Source of the DNA: Dimorphilus gyrociliatus
Lineage: Eukaryota; Animalia; Annelida
Assembly (NCBI GenBank): GCA_904063045.1
Contig: CAJFCJ010000013.1
Location: forward strand, 1,160,156 to 1,224,155
Length of the DNA stretch: 64,000 bases
Direction: 5' to 3'
Shown: positions 46,601 through 59,196 of the stretch, in pieces
Position numbering within the stretch: the first letter of the stretch is position 1
How the letters are laid out: every line of letters begins with the position of its first letter
Notes under the pieces: generated by a model
What the model was told of the DNA's origin: nothing
The model's input: the letters and a program-made list of their open reading frames with translations, nothing else
Databases searched by the model: none
Position numbers and translations under genes: made by a program

Positions 46601-49252
46601 TTTCTGAACAATCATTCCAATTTAAATTTAATTGCCTAAGTAGCTTATTCCAAAGAAACGTACAATTGCTAATTTTATCTGAGTGCACTGAAAGGCAGAC
46701 GTTCATTAAAAATGCTATTTTACTTTCCAATTTCTTGTCAACAAGACAGGAGCATAAATCTAATATAGTTCTTTCAACAATATCTCCACTAAATTCGGAC
46801 AATTTTTCACCAAGCTCGTCAAGAATATTAATTATAAAATCATCACATTCTAGTGCTACATTTCTCTTAATTATGGCAACATGGTCCTTTCTTTCCTTAT
46901 TATCAGCTTGCAAAAGACCAATGGTCAAGGTTGAGGCAAAAGTTTTAGTATCAGTAATAAGTTGATGTTTATATAATGATTCAACCATTCTCGAAATATC
47001 CAAACGTAAATTGCCGGGAGCCTGTACAAGTGTTTTAAATGAAAGATAAACTGTTGATTTTAGATAATTCGGTAAAGACTGCTTCATATAATCGGAATAT
47101 CCATTGCCGTAATTACCCATTTTCCATAAAATACATATTGCAATTAAAGATTGTACAACAATCTGAGAATTTCCAAGATTAGCAGTACCCTTGTCAGCAA
47201 TTTTTATCATTTCCTTTTCCAAATTCTGATCATGTTCAACAATAAGATCATACATGCATTTCAAATAATAACATTTAGCGTTAGGTGTAGAATTTTTCAT
47301 TGTAAGACTTTGCTTGAATAAATATTGATGAACATTGGAAGGCAATTTTTTCTTTGCAATAAGCCCCCATTTCCCGAATGCTAAAATAATATTGTTAAGC
47401 AATGAGTCATTAACTTCAGTTTTTATGAGAGGTAGAAATAGTTCACAGACTTTATCGGCTATTTCAAGGTGTGGTGTAATATCTACAATTGTTTTGCCTA
47501 TCGCTTCAACAAGAATAGCCTTTATTCCCGGTTGCGTTATTTTACCTTCTGACCCTCCAATAATGTCGAAAAGTAGTTTGATAAATTTGTACATTGCTTC
47601 ACCATCATCAACAGTTTTGGCTAAAGCATTAACAGCCAATAGTGATTCCTTTCTTATACTTTCCTCTTTATTTCTCAAGGCCAATGAAATATGTTTCGCC
47701 AACATTGAACAATGGCGAGACATATTTAAATTTGTACTCTCCAACATAACTCTCAATATGGATATGGCCGTTTCTGGATTTCTTAGCATATTTTTCTCAA
47801 TAGGAGATATGTAAATAGAATCCATTTCAGAATTATCAACTAGACCTAAGATGAGCTTGCAGATATCCTTTAAAATAAAATTTATCTTAATAAAACTATT
47901 ATACTAATTAATATATCTGCTTCAAATATAAATTTATATTAGTATATAAATATAAACCCACCAAATGATGCAGGGGTAGTTCAGTCTTAGAGCTAAGTAG
48001 TAGTTTACAAAATTGAGGTGCAATCTCAGTCTATTAAAGTGTAGAAAAAGATAGCATTGAATAAATATCAATTCAGTCTATAATTTCAAAATACATACTG
48101 TTATGTTCTTTATTGCATCTTCATTATTCTCCCTTTTTAAATATTGTATCACAATAAAATAAAAACAAAGATCGTCAGTTTCTTCTATTTTCGGTAGATT
48201 ATTTAATAAATTTTCAGGGCCCTCCTTCTACATTAATATTGAATATTAGTTATACAGAGAGAGAGAGGGAGGGAGAGTATTTTTCTTTTTCTTACCGGAA
48301 AGCTACTAAAGTACCGATTAAGGTATTTTTGTACAAGTTTTCGAGCTCTTTCATCAACGAAAGCTATACTGCATAGCTTTGAGATCTGAGTAAATTAAGC
48401 ATTTTTCAGCTGATTTATTTCTAATAAATAAAGATTTTTACCGATTCGATGAAGAGCTTAGGATCAACATTAGTTTTTGGTCCAATAAGCAAAATGGTGC
48501 ACAAAATGAAATTAGAAGCAATAAAGCTTGTTGATCTGGAGAGAAAAAGATTTTTTTTCATCAAACGTTTAGGTTAGCTAAAAGAGAAGAATGTAAAAAA
48601 AAAGTACTTTGATTTTATGCAATCTTTCCGGAAAGCCTTTAAAGACTTTTCCCAGTAAGGCACAAATTTTTCAGCATGACCATTTTGCGCAATATAGCTT
48701 ACAATTCCTGGAAGAAGCTTGTTAGATGTTTTACTGTTTTGTCGCTGTAGGCCAGTTTTCAATAAATCACTAACGACTTTGAATACTTCATTTGTTGAAT
48801 CACCTAAAGCAGAAATTATAAATATTATTCAAACTATTGTTGCTTATAACGATTCCATATTTTTACACTGAGTTATGAATAAAGTTTTTTCATGTTTTTA
48901 ACAGCTAAAGTGAACGATCGATTAAATATTTTTAGATTTAAATTAAACTTTGAAAGTTTAGTCAAGTCAAAATCTAGATTTTTCTGTTTGGGCTGTCATC
49001 TTTATGAATGAAACTTTCTTTTCTTATAAAAGACGGCTTACGAATTTAAAGGACTTACCGTAACTGGCAATCAGTTTAAATATTTCCTTGCATGCTCTTC
49101 GCTGGTCTCTCAAATTTATAGAAGATACCAACTTAAGTACATCTTTTAGTAGGATCAACTCTTCCTGAAAGGAAAACAACAAAAATTTAATATGATATTT
49201 AAGAAATTCGAAAAAGTTCGTGGACACGCACCTTCAACGTCTCAGGCGCCAT
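40635..49252 (-). CDS. GCN1: eIF2-alpha kinase activator GCN1 (HEAT repeats)
   Basis: [46 protein letters not shown]. First exon MAPETLK at 49252-49232, several small 5' exons, a giant exon 47867-40827 and a last exon 40766-40635. Confidence 0.97.
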
Positions 49253-49416
49253 TTTAATGATTGGGCAATGCCGGTATATTCAGATGGCGTTGATCGAACT
49301 AGATGACACTACTAGTGGGAAAAACAGTTATCATATTCCCAGTTGATTTTTTCTGAATAAATACTAATTTGGATAAGAGCCCACAATTGTTTTACTACGA
49401 AACTTACGTGGTAAAC

Positions 49417-52162
49417 ATGGCTGGCGGACTGTGTAGACTGTTGAAACAAAAGTATAACATTTTCTATAAGATTCCCTTTTATCATTCCCCATCGACAGCT
49501 GTAATATTTGGTAAAGCCTCCTATTGTACAAATTCAACCGATGATTGGAGATATAAGAAAGACATTGATGACCCCGCCTTTAAACAACTTGACCTATCTT
49601 TTGAAAATGCTAAAGAAGCTTACAAGAGTAAAACAACCTTTGATTTAATAAGGGCATGGATGGTGTTTGAATTATGCAGTATTGAATTTCTAGTAAATAA
49701 CAACAAGAAGGTGAAATGTTTAAAACTTTTCAATTTACTCAAATGAAATACAATTAAAAATGTCAACAACTGTTACAATAGCTTATGAAGGTCGGTCGTA
49801 AAGTGTTGGGAAAGAAGCTGTTCAAAGCTTTTATGAAGGGTTCGTTCTATGGGCATTTTGTTGCCGGTGAAAATGAAAAAACAATAAAATCAGTAATCGA
49901 AAAAAATAAATTGTTTGGCGTTAAATCAATTTTGGATTATAGTGTTGAGAAGGATATATCTAAAGAACAAGCAACAAAGCAAGAAGAAGAGTAAGTTGAA
50001 TATTGTCTTAAAATGATTACACTTCTGCTTAAGGTTATAAATAAGATTAGCGGGTGAAGCAATATTTCTATTAATTTACAATTTAATATCATTCTTTAAC
50101 AGCTTATCTCTTCCTTTATGGACTTCAAAGATATAAATAGAAATTGTAAGGAGAACCATAAAAAAGACAATTCAAATAGAACTTTATAATTCAAAATTTT
50201 TTTTTCACTGATTTTTTTTCAGCTTCTTTACATAATAATTTCTATCATTTTATCATTATTCTATCTTTCTATGATCCTTTGCTATTTGGCTAAGTTTGAA
50301 AAATTCGTTTTAAAGTCCTAAGTGTTATAATTTTGCTATATTTACAAAGAGTGAACTATTTAAACTTTTATTACTCTGTATCTAATATATATATATATAT
50401 ATATATATATTTATTTATCTTAATCTTCTCTTTTTACAGATCATGTGTGTCCGAAAATCAACCGGAGAATATTACTCATAGTCTGTTTCATTTTATATCT
50501 GAATTATTTTTTTCATAATGAAGAAAAATATCTCTTAATTCCTTTTTCTTTTATAGCTGGACCGAATGTACAGTATAGATATCACACACAATTTGCCGAC
50601 AGAAGGGAAGAAGTTATTGCAGCCAGAACTCACTTTTACGAAGATGAAAAATCATGCGACGATATTATGAAGATATTCCTTCGTGAAATAGATGGAGTTA
50701 GCGGTATTAATTTTTAGATATAATTTAAAGTATATATTATTAACATCCTACTATTATTTAGGCTCAACGAATGCCACTGGATTTGCAGCTATTAAATTAA
50801 CAGCTTTAGGCCGTCCGCAATTTTTGGTAGTTTTTTAATTTTTAAATTACTGAAATGATATAGCCTTTTTCAATGGAATGACAATTTTTTGTAGTATATG
50901 TTCTATTTTTATTTATAATTTTTCCATTAGCTTCAACTCTCCGAAGTATTGGAAAGAGTTAGACGATATTATGACGTTATTGCTGCTACAATACCTGCTG
51001 GAGAATTTGATGTTGTACCAGCGATTAAGCGAAGAGAGTTCGAAAGACACCTTAAAACTAGAAAAATTAAGAGATCAGAACGTCAATTATGGTATACAAT
51101 ACTCGATAGTTCTGGGGATGGTGAAATTGATATGTTAGATTGGCATAATCTATTAGAAGTTAATGTTAGATTAGGTAATCTATTAAAAACCCCTAATGCA
51201 GAAACTGGCGTCTTTGAGCCAATAGTTACGTCCTTTACTGTATCGGAGGAGATGCAAATGAAGAATATGCTAAAACGAATTAATACTATTGTTGAATACG
51301 CAATAAAAAAAGATGTAAGATTAATGATTGACGCTGAACAAACATACTTTCAAAATGGTATAAATCGGCTATGCATGGAGATGATGAGAAAATTTAACAA
51401 GGAGAAAGCATATGTTTTTAACACTTATCAATGTTATTTAAAGGTGAATAGTTCTTTCTTTCGCATCTTTAATATGAATAATCTTATTCAGAGGATATTA
51501 ACTTGAATTTTTGTTGTATTAAGGAATCCTTATCAACTTTAAGAACAGATTTAGCATTGGCAGAAAGAGAGAATTTCTTTTTTGGAGCTAAAATTGTTAG
51601 AGGAGCTTATATGGAGCAAGAGAGGAAGAGAGCGCTGACCTTGGGTTACGAAGACCCAATTAATGTCGATTACGAGGCTACTACAAAGATGTACGAGGAC
51701 GTTCTGTGTGAAATACTTTTCCAGGCTAAAAGATTAGATAAAGGCCGAATTGCTGTTATGGTAGCCACTCATAATGAGGACTCAGTTCGATATACTGTTA
51801 AAAAGTAGAAAATTAATCTTTTTTTTATTTAACAATGACATCCATTATTGACCTTGAAATTTTTCAGAATGAAAGAATTTGGCATTAGTTCCTCTGATAA
51901 AATAGTCTGCTTTGGCCAACTTTATGGCATGTGTGATCAAGTGTCCTTCAGCCTTGGACAAGCCGGCTATTCGGTCTATAAATATGTGCCATACGGTCCT
52001 GTAGAAGAGGTATTACCTTACCTATCAAGACGAGCCCTAGAAAATAAAGGAATTCTGAAAAAAGTAAAAAAGGAAAAGCGGTTGCTGCGAGAAGAAACTT
52101 GGCGTCGTTTCATCTCTGGTCAACTGTTATATTCGCCACAGGGAGCCACTGTGTCCACATAA
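49417..52162 (+). CDS. PRODH: Proline dehydrogenase 1, mitochondrial
   Basis: [84 protein letters not shown]. Confidence 0.97.
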
Positions 52163-52404
52163 TAATAGATAGTTTTAATTCAAATTGTATCACTATTGCT
52201 AAACATATACTGCAGAAAATTATTTATTCCTTATCCTCTTATTATTTCACCGTTAGTTTAAGGCAATACTACGCGAAACTTATATTTTTTGGTATAAATA
52301 GCAACTATTTAATTAAATTTTTCTCAAATTTATTTAGAAGCCCAACGAACCAAAAAATAAATAACGTTCAATATACTTCATTACTCAAGGTGTCAAAATA
52401 TAAC

Positions 52405-52753
52405 TTACATACAAACTGCTGGAACGGTACAATAACAAGTTGGTTTTTCAAGACAACAAAGATGTCTTCCGAACCGCCTTTCTACATTGCACTCCCTCGA
52501 ACGTTTATCGATTGATATTAATTCAACACTGTCACAGCTAACAATAGGTTTTCCATTCCAGTCAAAGCAATCCTGACAGTTTTCCAAACAGCATATCTCA
52601 TTTTGTAAGGTTGTCTTAACATTACAGTTCTGATTGAGCTTAAAGCAATTGGAAAGCTGGTGACTGACTAAGTAAAAGTAAGAAAATTATACTATTACAC
52701 AATTTTCAAATGTAGGAAAACATACTTAAAAACAACGCTAAGACCTTGAACAT
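52405..52753 (-). CDS. Small secreted cysteine-rich precursor with two 6-Cys modules
   Basis: Exon 1 (52753-52726, MFKVLALFL, phase 1) and exon 2 (from 52667) give MFKVLALFLISHQLSNCFKLNQNCNVKTTLQNEICCLENCQDCFDWNGKPIVSCDSVELISIDKRSRECNVERRFGRHLCCLEKPTCYCTVPAVCM. The 3' end could instead splice at 52408. Confidence 0.75.
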
Positions 52754-53236
52754 ATTTGTAAGTTACGCTTTTTAAACTATCGTTCAATCAATCAAAAAGT
52801 ACTGATCAATCTCATACAAGCAATAACTTTATATAGTCAGTAAGCTATATATATATATGGCACACATGATTTCCTGAACGTTTAAATAATGAAAATTTTC
52901 GTAATCATATATTAATTTTCGCAAATAGATAATTTTTTTTCAATAAATGCTGTTTTTTCCACACTAGAAGCTAGTCAAGGCAGAATAGATAGCACAAAAC
53001 ATGACGTATATAGTATATGTTGATATACAGAGGGTAAAAATACTATAAAAACTCTTTTAACAGAATTTTAAAAGAATTTTTAACAATCATTAATATCAAC
53101 AACATGAAAAAGATAATTAATTTCAAAAACGTTCTTTTTCTTTGTCTTATCGATAAAATAATAAGCGTTTTTTTCAAAATGAGTAAGTTATAGCATAATA
53201 GCGACTTTAGAATATACAGCGACAAGCAAGATGGTT

Positions 53237-54506
53237 TTATTTAGGTTTCTTAAACCACGAAGAGGTGATTTCTTCAATTATTCTCGCTCTCTTGCTCTTT
53301 CGAAGCAGGATCAAGTGTTGATGACGTAGCAGCGCGTCTGAAATGTATATATATATACTGTATATAAATTTATATGTATAATATCTTAATAGGTATATAT
53401 TCATTTGAAAGCCTATTTTTTTTTTACTCTTAAAGATTGTATAAAGGAAGAAGTCTTGTATAGCAGTTTTTCCCATTTTCTTTCTTTCTAAACGATAATA
53501 ACGCGGTTCCATTCGAAATTCGTGGCGATGATTCTCATCGATTATTAATTTGAGCGCATTTTCAATAACGTCTATTGAATTCTCCCCTCCCAAAGCTTGA
53601 AGATAGTTTTCCTAAAGTTTAAATAATCATTTCAAATATAATAAGATTGTGCTCTACTCTACAAAAACGTAATCCTACCAAATCTTCAGCTATACTCTCA
53701 TCCGTCAAATAACTACTTGTTGCAACTAGTTCTTTATAATTTTTAATAGGTAAGCCCAACCTTTCGAGTATAGTTTTATTCATGTCGTACAAGTTGTAAG
53801 GCACATCTGAGTTGTCCACCTCCCGTAAATTTGCTTTGCGAGCTGGTTTAGTCTTCTTTTTCGTTCCTTGAGGGGCTTTCGGCAACTGAGAAAGAAAGAA
53901 AATTATCTAGATTTTTCTTTAGGAATTTTCCTAATCTTTTCCGAGTAAGTGAACATTTTACTTACAGAAACGCTTGACGCATCTTCTTTAGTTTTGTTCG
54001 CCTCTCTCGCTTTGCTTTGTTGAAGAAGTTGCACTTCCGGTTTGCGTCTGAGCCGGCGCGTTTCAGGAGGCAGTTCAGTTTCTGTAATAACAGCGTCATT
54101 ATACTTTTTGGGGTTCGACGGTCCACTTGAGGTCTTATTATCATTTAGAGAGGAACTCTGTAAATGACTAAAATATATTCTGGAGGAGAACGATATTTCT
54201 ACCACCCTCCTCGGATCCTTGACTGATATCGTAATGGCGTCCGGATCAAACGGCCGTGTTGTACGCGTGTTTGGCTTTTCCTCGGGAATACTAACAATGT
54301 CAGGCTTTTCCAATTCAGATTTTGTGCCTTCAGGATAAACTATTTTTTGAACTTTAGTATCATTGTTACACGTGAGGTTTTCCTCCTTAACGTCAACTAC
54401 GCAATAACTTCTCTTCTTTAGCTTATTTTTTTGAAAAAAAAAAGTTTCAAAAGTTTAACGCTTTGTATTATATTTGATAACCAACCGGGATTTTCCAGTT
54501 TTCCAT
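53237..54506 (-). CDS. Uncharacterised basic, low-complexity protein (multi-exon)
   Basis: Successive open exons at about 54422-53920, 53885-53678, 53600-53432 and 53339-53237. Putative first exon MENWKIP at 54506-54486. No family recognised. Confidence 0.55.
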
Positions 54507-54575
54507 ATGACAAATAGGCATAACTGTATCATATGGTTAGTTCTTGGATAAGACAGACAGAGGATTTCGCTAAGG

Positions 54576-56404
54576 ATGACCGTTGACAATTACCGGTTTA
54601 TTAAAAGTTTTATAAAAAATTATAGCTTTCCCACTGGGAACACGCAACCAGATTTCTGTTGAAACCCTTCCATGTGGGATAGATAGGCCAATAGTAGATA
54701 TGTACTCACGAGACGGCCATACACCTTGTGTTATTCCTGATAACATAGGCAAAATATGAAATTGGAAATTTCGTATATTATTGTTCTCAAACTTTTATTA
54801 TTATGTAATTATTTATTTCATTTATTAAATTCTATTTTAAATTCTATTTTAGTTTCCCACAGAGCTGTTGGAGATGAAGAAAGTGAAAAAATGATGTTAG
54901 GAGGCTGGGTAGATGATGTGGAAACTTCAGAGAGCGAAGAATTATACGAGCCAGCTATATCTGATGAATTTTTCGACGAACTTCGACTTGAAAGGATGAA
55001 TAATGATTTTATCAGTCCTCCTCTCGATAATGAAGTTGAACGAAACGCTGTTGCTGAATGGGAAGAGCGCTGTGTAGTTTTGGGCGAACTTTTTGTTGAT
55101 ATAGCCCTACAATATAAAAATTGTGGTTTTATGATGGGATTGGATTTTATAAAAAGTATGTTCTAATTTTTATCTGCATAAACATTATCCATTTTCGATT
55201 AAGTTTTTTTATAATTGAAATTCTATCTTTAGCAATGCTACTAAGGATGGTTTCTTTGGAAAAGTATAGCGAAAGAATGAGGACAGAAGAAAGAAAATGC
55301 TTAACGGCCTTTAGACACCACATCGAAGATGTAGTCACTCATGATTTGTCAAAATTTTCAATACCTAACACAGAGAGTCAGTTGATTTTTATTTTATTTC
55401 TTATCTTATTTGAAATCTAAATAATATATGTAAATCTAAATATTTATATATATTTCATGACAGCGAAGCCTGTATATACAGCAATAGAAGCTATTAGGGA
55501 ACAATGGAACAGTGATTTAAGTATCAAGGACGCAGAGGCTTTATATAGGACGTCTCTTGAAGATGTACTACCAGCAACTTGCAACGATACTTTTCCAATG
55601 ATGAAAGCTTTCAGAAATAATTTAATAGGGATTCAAACTAATCTCGCAAAGCCTATTCGTATTGGCCAAGAAAAACTACCAATAAAATACACCAGTCATA
55701 TGGACAAGTTTCAAAAAATTACCCTAGCTTCTAAATTAACTTCAATACTAAATAGAATGAGAACTCATTTAAGAGAAGAGATTACCAAATTAATAGTAAA
55801 TCTTGAATCAACATCAAATGCTATTGGCGAGATGAAGTTGGCCGCGAAGAGCGCCCTCAGGGGTCAAAAGTCTATGTCGGAAGAAATTATAAGCGAAATA
55901 TTGAACTCCGCCCGTCAAGTTATCTTAAAAAATTGTCGAACAAACTCAATGCTAGATTGTTTTCAACTAAATGAATTCTCCGAGCAAATCTTTCATTTAT
56001 CAATAGACAAAGTACAATCAAATTCTTTCCTCGACGATCATCTATCCCTAATGAAAAAGTCTTTCCATGAAGAATGTAAAAGTTTAGGTAAAAATTGCTG
56101 GAAGAGCGGAGTTAAACAAATGATTATCGACAGATTATTTATCCTTATTGAATTGAGGTATAAATCATTTTTTTAGAGCAGATTTCATTATTTACATAAT
56201 TATTTGTTTTTTTAAAATTTTAATTTTAGAATCGAAAATTCAGTTTCGGAAGATCAGGTTGTGGCAATGATAAACACATTAGGCAAAGACTTTGACGATT
56301 TAATCCTAATTCAATTGACCGAGAAAATTAATAATATAGCAAAGTTAATTGTATCAATAGTTAAATTTACTAGAATTCATCCACCTTCTACATTTAAACT
56401 ATAA
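54576..56404 (+). CDS. Uncharacterised predicted alpha-helical protein with acidic N-terminus
   Basis: Phase-consistent exons at about 54862-55155, 55233-55376, 55463-56158 and 56231-56404. The first exon (MTVDNYR at 54576) is tentative. Confidence 0.6.
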
Positions 56405-56599
56405 AATATGTAAATTAATCGTAACTTCTGAAAAATACATTCTGAAATTCTTTCTTTTCTTTCTTGTTTTTTTACATTGATTTCATCAAATCAATTTAAA
56501 GCACATGTTTTTTACAATTTACTTAAACGTTTTTTACATATATTGAGTAGATTTACTGCTAACAATAATCATTTTTCATTCATCATAAGAAGAGATAGG

Positions 56600-57868
56600 A
56601 TGAAGAATAAAATTTTCTTTTTCTTTAGGTTGCTCTCTCTCTCTCTCTTTATATTTATTTAGTTTTATTAATTATTATTATTCTAGCATCTCAACGCTTC
56701 TTTTTGGTTGTAATGCTTTTTTCTTTTGGAAACATAACGCATTAAAGATGCCTCATCATCGGCATCATCACCATCGCCATCATCATCACCATAATAAACC
56801 AGTGAAAAGCGAGCATACCAACAAAGACCTCTGTCAACAATTGATTGCGTGTAATTTACCAATTGTCAACTACGAACTTTCACTTGCTTTTGGGATGGAA
56901 GACAAAGGTGGAAGAGTTTGCAAGTATGTTATTCAAGTGTTCATAATCATTTATTCAATAAGTGTTAATATTATTTTTTTAGGGCAAATATTAAAACTCA
57001 ATCAATGTGCTATAAGAAGAGGTTAATGATGTTAAAGGAAGATAAAAAGGCTTTATGTAACTGTAATCCATTCATTATTCATAATGCTATTGCATTCAAT
57101 ACTGAAGAGAAAATTCAAGAACTTTGTTACAGTAAGTATCAAAAAGTTCAATTATAAATAAACGTTTAAAATATGTTTACTCTATTTTATAGAAAATGTC
57201 GAGTGTTCACCGCATGGTAAACTTCTAGAAAAGCTTTTGACACCGAAAGAATTGTATTCAAATATACTTTCCACTAAAAAAAATTGCAAGTAAACAATTA
57301 ATCATTTAATCATTCAATTCCTTCACTTTGTTCGTTAATTAATATATTTTTGTTGATGTTAATAGAAATTATATCAAGATTTTAAGATCTACAGTTGAGA
57401 AGGCTTTCAAAAATTCATCAACAGTCGGTAAGAAACATTAAGAGAGTTAGAAATATTCAAAAGAAAACGATTATAATAAATTATCTATTTCTATTATTTA
57501 GATTGCGGAAAGTATACTAAAGGTTTAATTGAGAGAAAAAACTTTGATACTGCCATTAATATTTTTGAATCGAGTTGTAATGGTTGCCCTTTTACTGATA
57601 TAAGCGAAAGATGTTTTAAACGATTTAGAACCGGACGACTAGATTCTTGCTCGTAATATTAACTTTTCATCTTTTAAATAATTCTTATCTCTTTTTTGTA
57701 TTATATTTTAGGAGAGCGAGAGAAAGTTCAAAAGCATCCTATTGTATATTTAGTGAGTTGTTTCAGAATAGAAGTTGTAGCATTTCTTGGGATCATTTTG
57801 CCAATTTTAGACATATGTTAGTTGGACCTAAAGTGAAACTATGCGATATTAAAAGAAAAGGTAAATAA
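56600..57868 (+). CDS. Secreted protein with a His-rich N-terminal tract and spaced cysteines
   Basis: Exon 1 (56600-56628) and exon 2 (56687-56923) give a signal-like MKNKIFFFFSISTLLFGCNA followed by PHHRHHHHRHHHHH. Five more phase-consistent exons follow, ending at 57868 or possibly about 57957. Confidence 0.75.
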
Positions 57869-58062
57869 AGTAATATTAGAAATATAGATTAGTATGCTGT
57901 GTTTATTTCTATAAATAGATATATCTTTACATTTTATATACAAATTTTCAATATGATCGAATGGATATATGCCGTTTTAACAGTAAGAGCTTAAAGCATA
58001 ATATAGTAGATGTCGCGCGTTGAGTTTAATATGTCATCTAGCGGATCTATTCGTAACGACTT

Positions 58063-58362
58063 ATGTTTGTTTATATTACAGAGTAAGAAACAAAAGTATT
58101 TAATTTCAATTAGATTTCTTCGCAAGGAAATTCATTCATTAGAATGAAATTAATTAATATTCTTGATCTAAATTATATTTTGAACATTTCCATTGTGTTT
58201 TCTCTTTCTTATAGTTATGCATATCCGTGGATTTTGTCCAAGACAAACGATAGATGAATGGAAGAAGAGGAGACAAGTATGGAGGAAAGCTTTAATAAAG
58301 ATATTCCATTAGTTTTAAAGAGGCAAAAAGAACTCGCAAAAGAGTACCGAATTGGAGGTTGA
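58063..58362 (+). other. Small spliced locus with two abutting in-frame short ORFs (20 aa, TGA, then 34 aa)
   Basis: Donor ga|gtaaga at 58083 and acceptor atag| at 58214. MFVYITDYAYPWILSKTNDR-TGA-ATG-EEEETSMEESFNKDIPLVLKRQKELAKEYRIGG. Confidence 0.4.
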
Positions 58363-58456
58363 GGCTATATAAATGCAACTAATAATTGAATAATATCACG
58401 AAATACTTAAGTTGTATTACAGAGAAACTTTATAAAAAAATAAATGTTTGTAATCT

Positions 58457-59196
58457 TTATGCTATTGGCTCTTGTATGATTGGATCTTTAATAGACGGTT
58501 TATTAGGATTGTTTTCCAGCAACCAATCAGCTAACCAGATTACTGGATCCTGAGGTTTGTTCTTACACAATTCCGTCAATCCCTTCAACAGAGTTGGGTT
58601 CACTTGCCTTTTCAAATAATCCCTTGCGGCTTGGCCAACAGGAACTGGTTCTACGACGCCTATTTAATAAAAAATAGAAATTTAGTTGATCGAATAGCTA
58701 TTAAATTAATATTATAAGAAATATAAGCAAAATGTTGATTCTTACTGTCTGGGAAAAAGAAGCGAATTTCCCTTTCTGCATTTGAGTAAGAGTCACTTCC
58801 GTGTAAAGCGTTTCTTTGATCGTCCGTCCCGTATATTGCTCTTAAGCTATCAGGGTTTGTGTCTCTTGCTTTGAATGTACTAGTTGGACCGAGTAATTGC
58901 CTCCAGTGAGAAATGGCTTTATCTTTTGATAGTGCCACAGCTACTATTGGACCGGAGCTCATATAGGCAATTAATGAGGGGAAGAAAAGCTTTCCATAGT
59001 GTTCTGCATAAAATTCGCTGGCCTGCTCTGGAGTAAGATGAACCTTTCGTCGTTGGAGAATTGTAAAACCAGACCGCAGAACTATATCTTTAATTTCTTC
59101 TTCTTTTTCTGTAGCGTCTGGTTTAATTATAGCTAAAGTTCTTTCCACATAGATATGTGGTTTTTCCATCTGAATTTCTTCTTCCATTTCGGTCAT
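58457..59196 (-). CDS. NME5: Nucleoside diphosphate kinase homolog 5 (NDK domain plus Dpy-30 motif)
   Basis: ERTLAIIKPD, RNALHGSDS. Exon 2 (58659-58457) gives VNPTLLKGLTELCKNKPQDPVIWLADWLLENNPNKP. Confidence 0.96.

Noticed and set aside
41593-47814. Plus-strand ORFs inside GCN1, and similar antisense ORFs in Su(H), NF-kB, HIPK, TAO, HPD and ALKBH4
   Set aside because: Shadow ORFs opposite real coding exons, with no protein motifs.
58255-58257. Selenocysteine codon
   Set aside because: No recognisable SECIS downstream and no redox motif. This is not excluded without SECISearch3.
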